64,000 nucleotides of DNA, taken from the NCBI GenBank assembly GCA_002269645.1, contig NIVC01000245.1:693989-757988 (forward strand), written 5' to 3'. The notes beneath the pieces are model-generated. The model worked only from the letters and a program-made list of their open reading frames with translations, was not told the origin of the DNA and did not search any database. The position numbers and the translations under genes were made by a program. Below are positions 23,011 to 36,358 of the stretch, one piece after another. This stretch comes from Macrostomum lignano (taxonomy: Eukaryota). How positions within the stretch are numbered: position 1 is the stretch's first letter; every line of letters starts with the position of its first letter.

Positions 23011-25119
23011 CGTGAGTCTGGAATGCTGATGTTCCAATTTTTTGATGATGTTCCAATGCTTGGGCTATACGAGATCTGGTTGCAGTTGCAATTGAGACTA
23101 AAGGCATGTTTTTGCGAATGATAGATACAGCTGAGGTTTCGTACACTGAAGTTCGTATCCAATTATCGTGGGGATTAAAAGTCTTGGTATTGTCACTGGA
23201 ATTCTATGATTTTTTAATTTTCACTATCAAATATTGTCAAGAATTTTCAAGCTTACCTTATTTAAATGTTATCCTATCTTCGTATACAACGCTGGTGATA
23301 AATTTTTTTTTAAGTTCTGTGGTTTGAGCGGGTTCAAGTTAAACCGTCACTTGCTATTTAATACTCTCTTTTTGCCATCATCACGAATGTTTGTCAGCGA
23401 TTGTGAGCTAATGGAATGACAAACAATAGATTATTAAACAGTTGAATATCAGGCATAAAGCATGTGCGAGTGACTTATTGACACTAGCAGCTTCTCTAGA
23501 CTGCAATTAGTTAGCAGACTATCAGACCTGATCAGACCTGAAGCTATTCGACCTATCTTGTCTGTACTTATCCCTCTGTAAATTTGCATGGGAGTTATGA
23601 TATGTTTAATCAAGCTAGTGTTGACTTGGGAAGTCGTTGACCTCATCAATTCGACTATATCAAATTGCAATGCTAATGCCGTTCACAACACAGTAGCCAG
23701 CCAGTTGCCTTTTATTGAAACAGATCAAATTTATTACTTCAGTGTCATAATTTCCAAAGTAAGGACTGTAATTAACACGTAGCTTGTATTCCTCAAAAAT
23801 GGATGACTATGAGAAATAGCTATCCATGGAGAAATGAAATGGAGGAGGACACTACGCTCTGTTTTCTTAGAAATGAGAGGATGGCCGGTAGAGTCGTTGC
23901 ATGGAGTTTCGGCCATAAACAATTCGAGTATTATTTGCAAATAATCGAGCAAAAAATCCAACGTTTCGTGAGCTGACTAAATGCACCAGCGATACGACAG
24001 ATATTCGTTCGTTTCCGGGCCTGTGTTATCGCGTTATCGTGTGTAATTGAAGCCGCCGGTTACTCTCTGACTTACTGTACTATTAACAGTGTATTATCTG
24101 CCTCTAATTTATTCCTTAAAAGGGCACGCTCTAAGTGGTCAATTAAGTCCAAAACTGTCGAAAAAATTTTCACGCTTTTGTCTGATTTTAAACAACTCAA
24201 CAACCTCCAGCTTTTATTTCCAAGAAACTTGAGTGTGGTGTCCTTCTACTTGAGTTGTCCATGTAGCGATCATCAGCTTCTGAACTTTTTATGGATTTTA
24301 TTGACAAGTTTATCTTGAAGAAAGAGTTTAGAACAGTTTAAGTTTTGCCTAAACTTTTAAAGCAATTTCTCAGACAAAACATTTGCCCACGGAAAAGTAT
24401 GACTAATGGAAATAGAGAGTTCAATTTATGATTTTCTCATTGCACTGTTGTATGCATTTGGATACTTTTGATGGTAATATTACCGATATCAATCCAGTTC
24501 TCTATGGCGCTGCGTGTAATAAAAACACCTGTCAGTCTGTTCAAACAATTAGTATGAACAATTATAGACTTCAGAAATAGCTAGTAAGCTAGTCTTGGGT
24601 GAATAAAAAACGGTTTATTATTTTTTTCGGCTTTAATTCCGCTACTGACGGGAACGACAGTCATTATTATAAACTGAAAAATAATTGCTGAAAACCGAAT
24701 AAGAAAGGGTAAAAGTACAAGAGGGTAGAATGGTGTAAGAGCAGAAATTCAATTAGTGGGCAAAACGTGAAGAGGTGCATTGTAAAGTATTGCGCCGATA
24801 TTTTGGGCAAAAGATCGATTGATTAGTAAAATTAATTAAAACAGTAAAATAAGCAAGGGATCTTGATTCTAATCAAGAATCAAAATTACAACTTCGAATG
24901 TTTTATCAGTTCCAATAATTTGTTGACTAAATGGGCTTGAACACTATTGAATTCTTGTACATGCAAAGAACAGACAGTAAACAACAAAAAATAAAGATAT
25001 TCTGAATTTTTGTTTCCTTAAAATCGATTCGGCTACGTGATTTGGCAAATTATAGCTTAATAACAGTAAACAACATTATATAGAATTACTGAATCAGTAT
25101 TGTTACACCTGGACAAACC

Positions 25120-26923
25120 CTAAACTTCTAGGTCAGTCACACTCACATTCGCATCGTCGTCTTGCTGATGACGCTCGGCCGCAGCTCTGTCCGTCGTGTC
25201 ACTCTCCATCTCATCGGACTGTCTCCCACTGTTAGCAAAATTTCTTCCATTGAGGGCCGTTGATGCGGTCGAGAAGCAGGCGAGCAGGCAGTCGTGAAGG
25301 AGTTCAACAGCTTCCAGCATGGTCAGCAGCGAGCAGCCAAGGTACAGACCGAGTAATCCACCTGTGTCAGCAATCAGGTTGATCAAATCGTAGGCCTTTT
25401 CAATCTGAACCGCTGAACCAAAGCTTTTCACAGTGTGCAGCCGTATACGCATCAGCTGGTCATGCATGTAACCCGAACCGATAACTATGTTGTGCGTGGT
25501 CAGGTTATTTAGCATTGAGGTAGCTATATTGCTCAAGTCATCGTAACCAGGAAATTTACACCAGGAAAAGTGCTCCTTTTTAGCTGAACTAACGTCTGAA
25601 AGTGTTCAATAATTTCGTGCTGAAATGACGATAGAATGCGGGGCCAGTCGCTGAAAGAGTAGGTGTACTTGAAAATGTCAGTCTGACAGGGTCTTCGCTG
25701 GGTGCAGAACTGCTGAATCAACTTCTGGTCCAGATTCGTACTAAAATAAGCCCCTCTTTCTATTTCACTAAAAAACTGACCGACTGACACCTGACCACTG
25801 AAAACTCGACTGGCGTTCATGCAGTTGCTGGTGTTGATAAACTTCCGATCGCGAGGTAACAGGTGACTCACACAGCCGCTTTGCTGCATCAGGAGCTGGT
25901 TACTTCGTTCAGCCCGACAAAGGTACTCGCTGAATGCATAGGCCGTCTCGGTGTTATCGAACGGACTGATGATGTGACTGGGCTCAGGGCTACTCGAGCA
26001 CTGCATTCCTTTGCCCAGAATGAGCCTCTCAATCTCGAGGTCGATTCGATAGTCTTTTCCAGCGCTGAGCTGAATCATAGACTCGGAGTCCGGATAGTGA
26101 CCAGGTCGAACGAAGTAAACATTGACTCCGGCTCCAGAAACTAAGTTAATGCCATTCTGAAAATCCCAGGCGAGAAAGTTTATTCCAGTTGAGTTTGCGA
26201 TCGGAATGGGGAGCAGTGAGGAGTTCTTGGGGAAGTCAAAGAATGTCCCATCCAAGAAGAGACCGACTTCCAGGTAACTGCCCTCAGTGCTCAGGATTTT
26301 TCTCTGGTCTGTAGTGGGCTCAATGCGAATGCAGTTTAGCTCCGATGGACTGTAAAACTTTTTTGCTGGAACGATGTCCCTGTGAAGACCGTTAAGAATT
26401 GTCAAGAAGAGAAACTGCAACAGCTGATGACCCATGGCCTGACTAACCAGTCGGTAAGGCATGGTTGCCAGAAGGGTCTTGGCTAGAATGCCAGTATACA
26501 ATTGATTTGGTGGCACGCCCATCATCCCGATGAGCTGAGTGACATAGCTGTTTATTTCGGCTGTGTTGTTCGGGTCTAGAATGTACGGATAACTGCCCGA
26601 CATGATGGCATTGTTGCAGATGACCAGATCGGGGAACTCGAACTCCACCGAGTTCTGCTGCAGCGTGGTGGTCTCTGGCTGCTCGTTGAAGGTTTTGATG
26701 AAGCTCTGCACCTGTGTAACAAAGCCGGTAAGGCAGAGCGCGAAGCCGACAAGCCAGATGACCTTGACGTAGATCGGACGGGACCCCACAAGTCTTCCGA
26801 GGCCGTGAGCCGTGGTGTCGCTCAGCCATGAGTGCACAGGCTGCGCCAGAAGTACTCGGAGTTGTTCGCTGGTCTGTTTTGATTCTTTTCGGTGAAATTT
26901 TCATCAGAATTTTCCTGCTTCAT
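25120..26923 (-). CDS. DEG/ENaC subunit, copy B; intronless, with apparent frameshifts near 26870 and 25550
   Basis: Same motifs as copy A; tandem paralog 3.9 kb away. ATG at 26923 inferred. Confidence 0.9.
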
Positions 26924-27479
26924 ATCGATTGAAAGCCAGATGATTTCAATGAAAATTTTGGGAAATGCGCGAGATTTATCTTGTCTATTCCTGCAGTGTC
27001 TTTTCCAATGGCGCTCCTCGGATTAGCTAGCTACATGTATATATTTATTGGGCTTCGTTAGTTCTCAAGGTTGCCCTAAAGAGCTTCTTGGCAAAAGACA
27101 AAGAATTAAATATTGTTCTTGGGACTGTCAGGGAAGAGCCTTTAAGTACCTTGCTTTCTTTCTTAATTCTACTTCTTCCCTATGTTTGCATTTCTGAATG
27201 CAGCTAGCTCTGTTGCTCACGGCCTTCGCTTTGTTAAACAAAAGAATTCATGCATTGCAGCTGTGTAGCTGTCTACAGACGTCTTCTAACGACAGACTTT
27301 TCATAATGCTGTTGTTTGTTAGCGGTATGGTTTTGAATGTCAAATAAGGGAATAAAAATACGTGATTTCTTTGAGTCTTTGTCTGTCAGTCAATAATTTT
27401 GTTTCTCTGATATCAGGTGGGTATATAAATGCATAATCACTTATAACAACCACAGTTTTTGCTACGAGTATGAACGTTT

Positions 27480-30230
27480 ATATTTAATAATACAATTTAT
27501 CATATAGAGCCGGACGTAAAAAATACACTACGTGCATGACGATTGATACGGAGTGCCATTTTTTGGAGGATCTTGCCGTCAATAGCATGTTCGTTGGCCA
27601 GCAGAAGCTGCGCTTCTCTTCTGATTTGAAGTTTAAAGGGCCTGTCAACTTAAGCTCACAAAGTGGAGTCCTTAATTACCTACTTGCTTGTTCTCTCCTA
27701 TCCCAATTCCAAATTTCGTCACTTTTTTTGCCAAACCCAGCTTCCTGGCTCCGAGTCCGGGCTTTATGAACTTAAGCTGACAGGCGATTCTGAGCCAACC
27801 TACATGACGGACACCCGGCTATGGTTCGGTGCAGCGGCATCTGTCAGCAGCTTCTTCCAGCCCTCCAGTTCATGATGCTCAGGCGCAAGTTCTGCAACTT
27901 CACAGCTTTGCATGAACGATTTTGACTTTCCTGGGTCGTTGACTGATTGCCGGCACTTTTCTCATTGTCAACCGGCAACAGTGCGTCGAGCCGACAGCAT
28001 CTAGTTCAACACTAAGTCCGGGCTCATGAGCTTGTCAAGTGCCGTCGAAGAGTTGCAAATTTTCATCAACCAGTTTGCATCAACCAGACAAAATGTTATT
28101 TTTTAAAATGAAGGCACAAAAACTATATGCATTTTTGTATTTTCCAATCTTCTGAACTCTTTAGAAAGCTTATATTCTAAAGACGATGCAGCATTTAGTG
28201 CAGCTCAAAAGTTGGTGACTGGGGTGCTGGCGCAGTTCTTCTCTTTTGCTAGCGGCTCTTGCCAGTTATCGTTCTTCTGCTCGCGATTTCTGCTTTGGCT
28301 TTGGCTAAGGCTTTGTACACTCCATCCTGCTTTCGCCAGCTCTTTGTCGTGTTCATTGTTCTGCTCTTTGTTGGGTGGAGGCTGATGGCAAGCAGCTTAC
28401 ATGTGCTGTCATTTTCTGAGGTGAACATCGGAACTTCTGTGCGATTTGTTTTTCTAGCAATATTCGATGTGATGAGTGTGCAGCACATTTTATACGAGCA
28501 TATAATGAAAAACTGAGATATTGTCATTTGACGGCCGGAAATCAACTGCCGACGATTTAGGTTAGTGTTAGGGTTAGAGTTTACGTTAGGGTCGTGGATT
28601 AAGCTAGGTTTAATAGTAGAGTTAGGTTTAGGGTTATGACTATAGATGGCAGTCAAGTTGCCGCAGTCCTATGTCATCAATAGTCAGGTTTCTAGCAACA
28701 GGTATAGGCTGGAGCACATCGCTTGTGATCTTGTGAAGTCACAAGGAGTGCAACGTAATACTGCACTGGCTTACAGTTACGGGTAGTAACAATAAAGCAT
28801 TTTTAATTACCAGGAAAATGGTTAACTATTGACTGTTGAGGCAAAAGTTTACCTGTGCACTTGGCTCTACCATGATGTCCTCTGTTTGAACAATTGGAAT
28901 ATTAAGAGCGTAATAGATGCACCTGTAATAACTAATATAGTTTGCCAAGTGAGGTGCGAGCAAATGGTTAGTCTGGTTAAACTTGTAACCGAATGATTCT
29001 TTGTCTGTGTTCGAAGCAAATTCAGCGTCAGTCAATAAGAAACTTAAGAGTGTCACCCCTGGTAAGTCTGGCCAGGTAATTTTAGAAACAAGAACTGCTA
29101 GAAATCTTGCAATACTTTTAAATCTTTCTGTGTAGTCCTGGCAGCTAATTTTTGTTATAATGCATAGAAAATTGATTGATTGATTATTCTTTCTAAGAAT
29201 TACAAACGATATCATAACTAACTGGCCGACAAAGAACCATGTTGCTAATTCAGAGAACTGTATTCTACTCGTGCTCAGGCCTCTGGGTATTTCCTAGACA
29301 ACTTGAAGTACAGCGCCTGTTTAAAAAGCATCCTAACAACCTCATTTACCAATAAAAATTCACAAACAAGACAAAGACAAAGCAAGACAAATTGTCGCAA
29401 AAATATTTGTCGTCAAAAGCTCTGACGCCACTATAGTACCTCGTAAGGCTGTCTGTGTTTACATCTGTGCAGTCTCGCGTCTTTAGCTCCCTTATCCCAA
29501 ATCCAAATGCCTCGCTACTCTACTGCTTTCTACTAAAAGAATCATTTTGACTTTCAAATTTGCGTCATCATTGCGGACTCATTTTCTGTCAATTCTCCAA
29601 GAAGCAGATGTGATGGAAATTCACTCTTCTTTTCTATCTATTGCCCTACACATTGTGCTGCGGTGTCGCACAGGGAGATCCGATGGTGCCGATGTCCGCA
29701 GCGCGGTCTCCCTCCGGAGAGTCCAGAAAGTGGATGGTCGCTCGCCCAGTAGTGCATAGATGGCGGACGAGCTGGCAGAAATTCTCGGACCTGAAAACAT
29801 CGGAGAGTACGCTCGTAATTAAACAGCTTTCAGCGAAGCGATGCCATGGCAAAACAGCCACGGCCTGAAAGGGCCCATGATTACTGCCTGATGTCCTTGC
29901 GGTTGAGTCCAAGCAGGGCCCTGCGGAGGGCGGGGGAAGGACAGGGGACAGCCGCGCGGGATTGCCGGCAGTCTGGGGCAAGGAGAGGTGGAAGCCACCT
30001 ACTGGTTGATCCGAGTGGTGAAAACGGTGGTGGGGGTGGGGCCACGGCGACCAGTAAAAGACTCGGTCGAGCCAGCCTTGGCCAGGCGATAGGCCAACTT
30101 TTACCGTAGCCCCAGCTCCTATAGAAGCCCGGGGACATTCTATAGGAGCTTCAGGAGGACAATTCGTACCTTAGGGACACGTCGTGCTCGGCTCGTAGCA
30201 TTAAGGCTCGTAGCATTCTCTCGAAAGTCA
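27480..30230 (-). other. Possible exons of an unidentified gene
   Basis: Open, coding-like stretches (29646-29920, 28850-29180, 28250-28500, 27760-28050) with some GT/AG junctions (donor-like AG|GTACGA near 30170, CAG|GTAAAC near 28850). No recognisable domain. Confidence 0.3.
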
Positions 30231-30635
30231 AGTTTGGCGTGTTGCTAATTGCTAATAAAAGTAAATGTTGCGTGTAATAGAGTGTACTCAACACTAGGAC
30301 AGTTCAGTTAGTGCATAATAAAATTGATGCTTCGTGATTTTATACAGACTGCCATTGTATTTTTACTGCATCCACTTTTTGGAGGTGTAAAAAGTGATAT
30401 TTGTAGAGCTTTATAAGTCAAAAGCGCCAATACATTGTAGTTCTATAAAAATATTTTATTTGAAAATTATTTGACAAAGCCAAAGAGATCAAATTAGTCT
30501 GTGACATGTGCAATTTGGCAAACTATTGAGCCATTTCGATTTAAATACTCGAAATTTTAATTTGAAAATTAATGCACTTTGACAACAAGTCCGGCAAACT
30601 TGATTACAAAATATAGTTTGTTATAATCAGTCAAA

Positions 30636-33600
30636 TTAATCAACGGCAAAATGCTTTCGAAACAAATCCGGGTGATGAACGCGGAACTGATTCAGTCTAT
30701 CCTGCCTGGCTTGCTCATTGCTGCCAGCCTCCTCTAGCAGACGCTGCATCAAATCAACCAGAGCAGCTTCCGTTGTTGTTCGACTCGTCTGTTGAGCCTC
30801 TTCCGTTCTGAGCAGATTTCCTGGCTGCTCCTGCGACTGCGCCTGTTTGGGCATCAGCGTCAAGCGTTGCTGCCGCTTCCGAAGTCGCGACAGCAGCTTG
30901 GCGCGCTGGTAAATGTCCATGGGCAGGCGGAACAGCCGGCTCCAGTTGCCCAGAGCCAAGCTGAACAAGCAGCGAACTCGCTGACGCCACTGCCGGATGC
31001 TGGATGATGCAGCTGCTGAGCGATCCTTTGGGTGTGGGTTTTTTGAGGGTTGGAAAATGATTAATTGATTTAAATAAGCGATGTCAGATCGACTGTAGCA
31101 TCGATGCCTGCAGAATCGTTATTTGTCAGTGCTTCACGACATCGTGAAAAATCTCCAAACACGAGGGGGCGTTGACCCAGTGGTCTAGTCGCGGCTCTCT
31201 GATGTACCAGCGGCCCAGGCTCGATTTCAAGTGCAGTCACATTAATTTGGAACTGAATTAGAATCTCGGCTTGGCTCTGCTCGTGCAACTAACGCCCTTA
31301 AGAGGGCCAACCCTCAAGGCGCTTGTGTGCCTGCTCAGGGGAGTCGGTGGAATGGACAGTGATGCCTCTAGTCGGTTGTGTGACAATGTCGCTTAAAGGG
31401 CGCCAGGGTGCACACAGCCCTTGCCCTTGAACACTAACAAACTAAACCTCGCGACTTCAGCAACTCTTTATTCATTCAACAGAAAAGAGGTTTTACCGCA
31501 TTCTCGTGTCGCAGCTGTTGCCAAGCCCAGCCGTGTCGAGAGTCGGCTAGAAGCAGCTCGGCAAGCTGATTCAGCAAGTGCTGCTGTTGCTGATCCTGAT
31601 CCTGATGATCCTGATGACAGCAGCATTCCACGTAAGCTAGCAGGTTCTCAGACAGTTGACGGTGCCGAAGACTAAGCAGACAGAATGCCATTTGCAGTAC
31701 CCGACAGAAAAACTCGGATTCTTCGCTGGTTGACAGCGGTGGCGGTGACGGCTGGACCAGTAGCGCTGCGAAGACGTGACGCAGCTTCGACCAGCCGAGA
31801 GGATCCGGCAGCCGACCCAGCAAATTAATTAACCGCTGCAGCGTCAGAGGATGCCTGCTGGGCGAGTTGCGTCCGCCGCCAGTTGCTTGCAAGTCGTGAG
31901 AGAGTTGGCTGGCCAAAAATTCGCGAAACTTCGGCATTGACGATGAGTTCGACGGAATGGACGCTGTCGGAAACATTAACGACTGGCAGCGGCGTTGCTG
32001 CTGAGGTGGAACTGAGGCGTGCTGCTGAAGGTCTAGGAAGCTTGACGTTGCGCAGCGAGAGCCACGTCGAGGTGACGCCGGTTTAGTGGCAGAATCCGAC
32101 TGAAGCTCTTCAATGTGAGCCAGCTCGTCAATCACTGGCAGGTCAATCAGGCGTAGCAGACGCTGCAGGCACAAATGATGGATGCACTCGTCCAGGTAGG
32201 AGGTGGCGTTCGATGGATCGTGGCAAGTGTAGAGCTCATCTAAAAGGATGCAACAGTATAGCTCCCTGAAATTCCTTCATCTACTTAATCAACAGTGTTT
32301 ATTAGTTCTGCAATTTAGTTCCCTTGGATTTTCAAGCAATCCAAGCACTGATACCGAATTTACGAATACTTTATTTCGTAACCAACATTTAAGCCATCTC
32401 CAGACAGTCACCAACACGTCAGACAGCCACCAACACATTAATCACGATTCCCGTTGAAAGTAAAACTCAATACTGAGCACTAAATACTCGTACCTCTCAA
32501 AGTGATCTCAAGGGCCGAAATCGATGCATCGCCTCGACCATCCGTCTGTTCGATGAAGCCTTTCGGCCTCGATATCTCAGCGAAGCCGCCTCCTCCATCT
32601 TTGCGTCGTTTTTCCACTGGAGAATCGTCGCCTCGGTATTGGTTGTGCTGTGACGAATCGACTGACTCGATGTCAACCTTCGCTGCGCCAGAAACGACTT
32701 GTTCTTCTTCATCAACGACGTGCTCTTCGTCGAGTTGTTCGTCAAGCTCGAGTTCAAGGCCTCGGCCAGTGCCAGCCAGGCAGGAGGCGGAGCGGACGTG
32801 CTGCAGTCGGCTGGACAGTCGGCTGGGGGCGCCGCGAAGCAGCCCGCGCACCGCCTGGCCACCGCCGGTCAGCAATCGGCGGAGCAGCTTTTTGGGAGAG
32901 GGAAAAACGATTCGACAGAAATTCTCGGATTTTACTACTACTGTTAGTAACTGTTAGGGAGCTTTAAAACAAAAAGCTTAGCGTCTCTCCAAAGAGTTGG
33001 GCGTCCCTCTAATGAGTTTGGCGCCCCTCTAATGAGTTTTGGCACCCCTCTAATGAGTTTGGCGCCCTTCTAATGAGTTTGGCACCCCTCTAATGAGTTT
33101 GGCGCCCCTCTAATGAGTTTGGCGCCCTTCCAATGAGTTTGGCACCCCTCTATTGAGTTTGGCGCCCCTCTAATAAGTTTGGCGCCCCTCTAATGAGTTT
33201 GGCGCCCCTCTAATGAGTTTGGCGCCCCTCTAATAAGTTTGGCGTCCCTCTATTGAGTTTGGCGCCCCTCTAATAAGTTTGGCGCCCCTCTAATGAGTTT
33301 GGCGCCCCTCTAATGTGTTTGGCGTCGCTCTAATGAGTTTGGCGCCCTTCTAATGAATTTGGCACCCCTCTAATGAGTTTGGCACTCCTCTAATGAGTTT
33401 GGCACCTCTCTAATGAGTTTGGCACCTCTCTAATGAGTTTGGCGCCCCTATGAAGAGTTTGGCGCCCCTCAAATAAGTTTGGCACCTCTCTAAGAACTTT
33501 AACGCCCCAAAGGGCATTACCTTGACCTGTTTTAGCCGAAGCCCAGATGCATAATTTTTGTGTTGCATGTCGAATTTCTGTCCAGAATCAGCCTCAGCAG

Positions 33601-35096
33601 TCGAGCCAACTTCAACAAACGGCTGTACAGAAGGACTCGAAGTGTTCAGCCGATAAAACCTGTTGCTTTTGGCTTCAAATTTGGTAGAATTTGAGCTGCC
33701 GCCGCAGGAGAGGAGGGTGCCGGAGTCCAATAGGCCTTGACAGACAGACTGAGCTCGAGAGTGACTGTCCGTCTGGCTGACTGATGCTGACGCTTCAGAC
33801 GATGTCAGTTGAAGGTATTCAATAGCAGCAGTGTGCAGCTGCTTGCCTGAACGTTTCAGATCAGTTTGAATTGAGGGAAACAGGCAGCCAAGGAGCTGCT
33901 TCCACTGGCGAGTGGCTCTGAACTGCTGCTGGCTTCCTGTGGATGAAGGACGACGGTTTTAATAACTGCAATATGTATCGGCTTCCCCAGTGTCAGCTGT
34001 TAGTGTTAGATAGGAATGTGTCAGCTGTTAGATAGCAATGTGTCAGCTGTTAGATAGCAATGTGTCAGCTGTTAGATAGGAATGTGTCAGCTGTTAGTGT
34101 TAGATAGGAATGTGTCAGCTGTTAGAAAGGAATGTGTCAGCTGTTAGATAGCAATGTGTCAGCTGTTAGATAGGAATGTGTCAGCTGTTAGATAGGAATG
34201 TGTCAGCTGTTAGATAGCAATGTGTCAGCTGTTAGATAGCAATGTGTCAGCTGTTAGATAGCAATGTGTCAGCTGTTACATAGCAATGTGTCAGCTGTTA
34301 GATAGCAATGTGTCAGCTGTTAGATATCAATGTGTCAGCTGTTAGATAGGAATTTGTCAGCTGTTAGATAGCAATGTGTCAGCTGTTAGATAGGAATGTG
34401 TCAGCTGTTAGATAGGAATGTGTCAGTTGTTAGATAGCAATGTGTCAGCTGTTAGATAGCAATGTGTCAGCTGTTAGATAGCAATGTGTCAGCTGTTAGA
34501 AAGCAATGTGTCAGCTGTTACATAGCAATGTGTCAGCTGTTAGATAGCAATGTGTCAGCTGTTAGATATCAATGTGTCAGCTGTTAGATAGGAATTTGTC
34601 AGCTGTTAGATAGCAATGTGTCAGCTGTTAGATAGGAATGTGTCAGCTGTTAGATAGGAATGTGTCAGTTGTTAGATAGCAATGTGTCAGCTGTTAGATA
34701 GCAATGTGTCAGCTGTTAGATAGCAATGTGTCAGCTGTTAGAAAGCAATGTGTCAGCTGTTACATAGCAATGTGTCAGCTGTTAGATAGCAATGTGTCAG
34801 CTGTTAGATATCAATGTGTCAGCTGTTAGATAGGAATTTGTCAGCTGTTAGATAGCAATGCGCAGCTGTTAGATAGGAATGTGTCAGTTGTTAGGCAGCA
34901 AAACCAATTTACACAGGTATTTATTCTCATAAAATAATGTTACCTGTTCGACCTGTTACATGTTAGATGTTGAGATAATTGTAAACTGACAGAAATCCCA
35001 ATGAAAGGAGAAAATTCACTCACGAAGTCCTGAACTGGGTGCCTCGGAGGAGGCATTGTAAGAGGCTTCAAAATCAGTCTGTCCGATTGTGAACAT
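30636..35096 (-). CDS. DEP-domain protein, DEPDC7/DEPDC1 (LET-99) family; about 5 exons
   Basis: Exon 35024-35096 joins in phase to the exon starting at 33936. FRATRQW and SVCQGLLD...FYRL (DEP-like), LQRLLRLIDLPVIDEL and terminal QFRVHHPDLFRKHF resemble DEPDC7 as I recall it. Some internal junctions are uncertain or frameshifted. Confidence 0.7.
31165..31446 (+). mobile_element. tRNA-derived SINE, copy 2 (intronic, antisense to the DEPDC7-like gene)
   Basis: TTGACCCAGTGG A-box-like and GGCTCGATTTC B-box-like motifs; homologous to 831-1203. Confidence 0.8.
32990..33500. repeat. 20-bp minisatellite (GAGTTTGGCGCCCCTCTAAT)n, intronic
   Basis: Direct tandem units. Confidence 0.95.
34000..34890. 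repeat. 22-bp minisatellite (TGTCAGCTGTTAGATAGCAATG)n, intronic
   Basis: Direct tandem units with a higher-order repeat of variant units. Confidence 0.95.
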
Positions 35097-35574
35097 TTTT
35101 TTAAATATTTTGAATGTGAAATTATTTAATGTGAAATTAGACAGGGCGAGGCTTTTATAACGACTGGGCATGGGTCAGGGAGGGTTGTACAATTTATCAT
35201 GCAACAAAAGCGATAGTTTTTTAATTGGATGCACGATGGACTCGCCTCATAAACCATTTGGTCAGTTGTTCTATCGATGTACATATGGATATGTACAATT
35301 GAGGTGTGTACAGCATGATCTACATTGTAACGAAGATGGTTTTAAAAGCTAAGTAGTTGTGCAAGTGACTTGTAACTTTCTTCTATTGTACCTTTTTGAT
35401 GTATTCTAATTGATTAACTCTAATTAAAAGGAAGTAGTTATATTTAATTAGAAAAAGTAATTACCTTTAATTAAAGAGAAGTAATTACCATCAGTTAAAG
35501 AAAAGTAATTACCTTTAATGAGAGAGGAGTAATTACGGTAAATTAGAGAAGAGAATTAATTAATTAAAAAAGCG

Positions 35575-35905
35575 AGGAGGAGTCACCTGTTAGACAAAGA
35601 GAAAACACCTATTAGACACACAAGAGACACTTGTTAAACAGAGAGGAGACACCTGTTAGACACAGAGGAGTCACCTGTTAGACACAGATGAGTCACCTGT
35701 TAGACACACAGGAGTCACCTGTTAGACACAGAGGAGTCACCTGTTAGACACACAGGAGTCACCTGTTAGACACAGATGAGTCACCTGTTAGACACAGATG
35801 AGTCACCTGTTAGACACACAGGAGTCACCTGTTAGACACAGATGAGTCACCTGTTAGACACAGAGGAGTCACCTGTTAGACGCAGAGTAGACACCTGTTA
35901 GACAC
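35575..35905. repeat. 22-bp minisatellite (AGTCACCTGTTAGACACAGAGG)n
   Basis: Direct tandem units. Confidence 0.93.
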
Positions 35906-36358
35906 AGAAACTTGTAAAACTGACTTCTTGGATATTCTAAATATTTTTTAGTTCCCTGTAAATCCCTGGTAAACAAGAGGCCTGATAATTATGAAAGAAA
36001 CATCGATAATAACTCATTTCTTACAGGTCTCGGAGGTCACGGATACCATAAAAATCGATAGAAGAAAACAAGCAAAAAATCGCTTGCACAATTGCAACTT
36101 GATTTCGGTTGAATTTATTTCTGCTTTTAACAACCCGCCACGTCCCGTGAATAAGTACCTAATGACACTCTAATAGTACGTACCCCATGGGATTAGAAAT
36201 TACGAGCGTAGGAGCTCTTACTCCCACTCGATCGGTATAAAGTACGAATCGAAAAATCCGTAATTTTCAATCAGTCGATTTTCTCAACACAACTACAGCC
36301 GAAAATGTCGATTTTTCAACGTTTGCGAATTTTACAAACAATTTTTTATTTTTACAGC

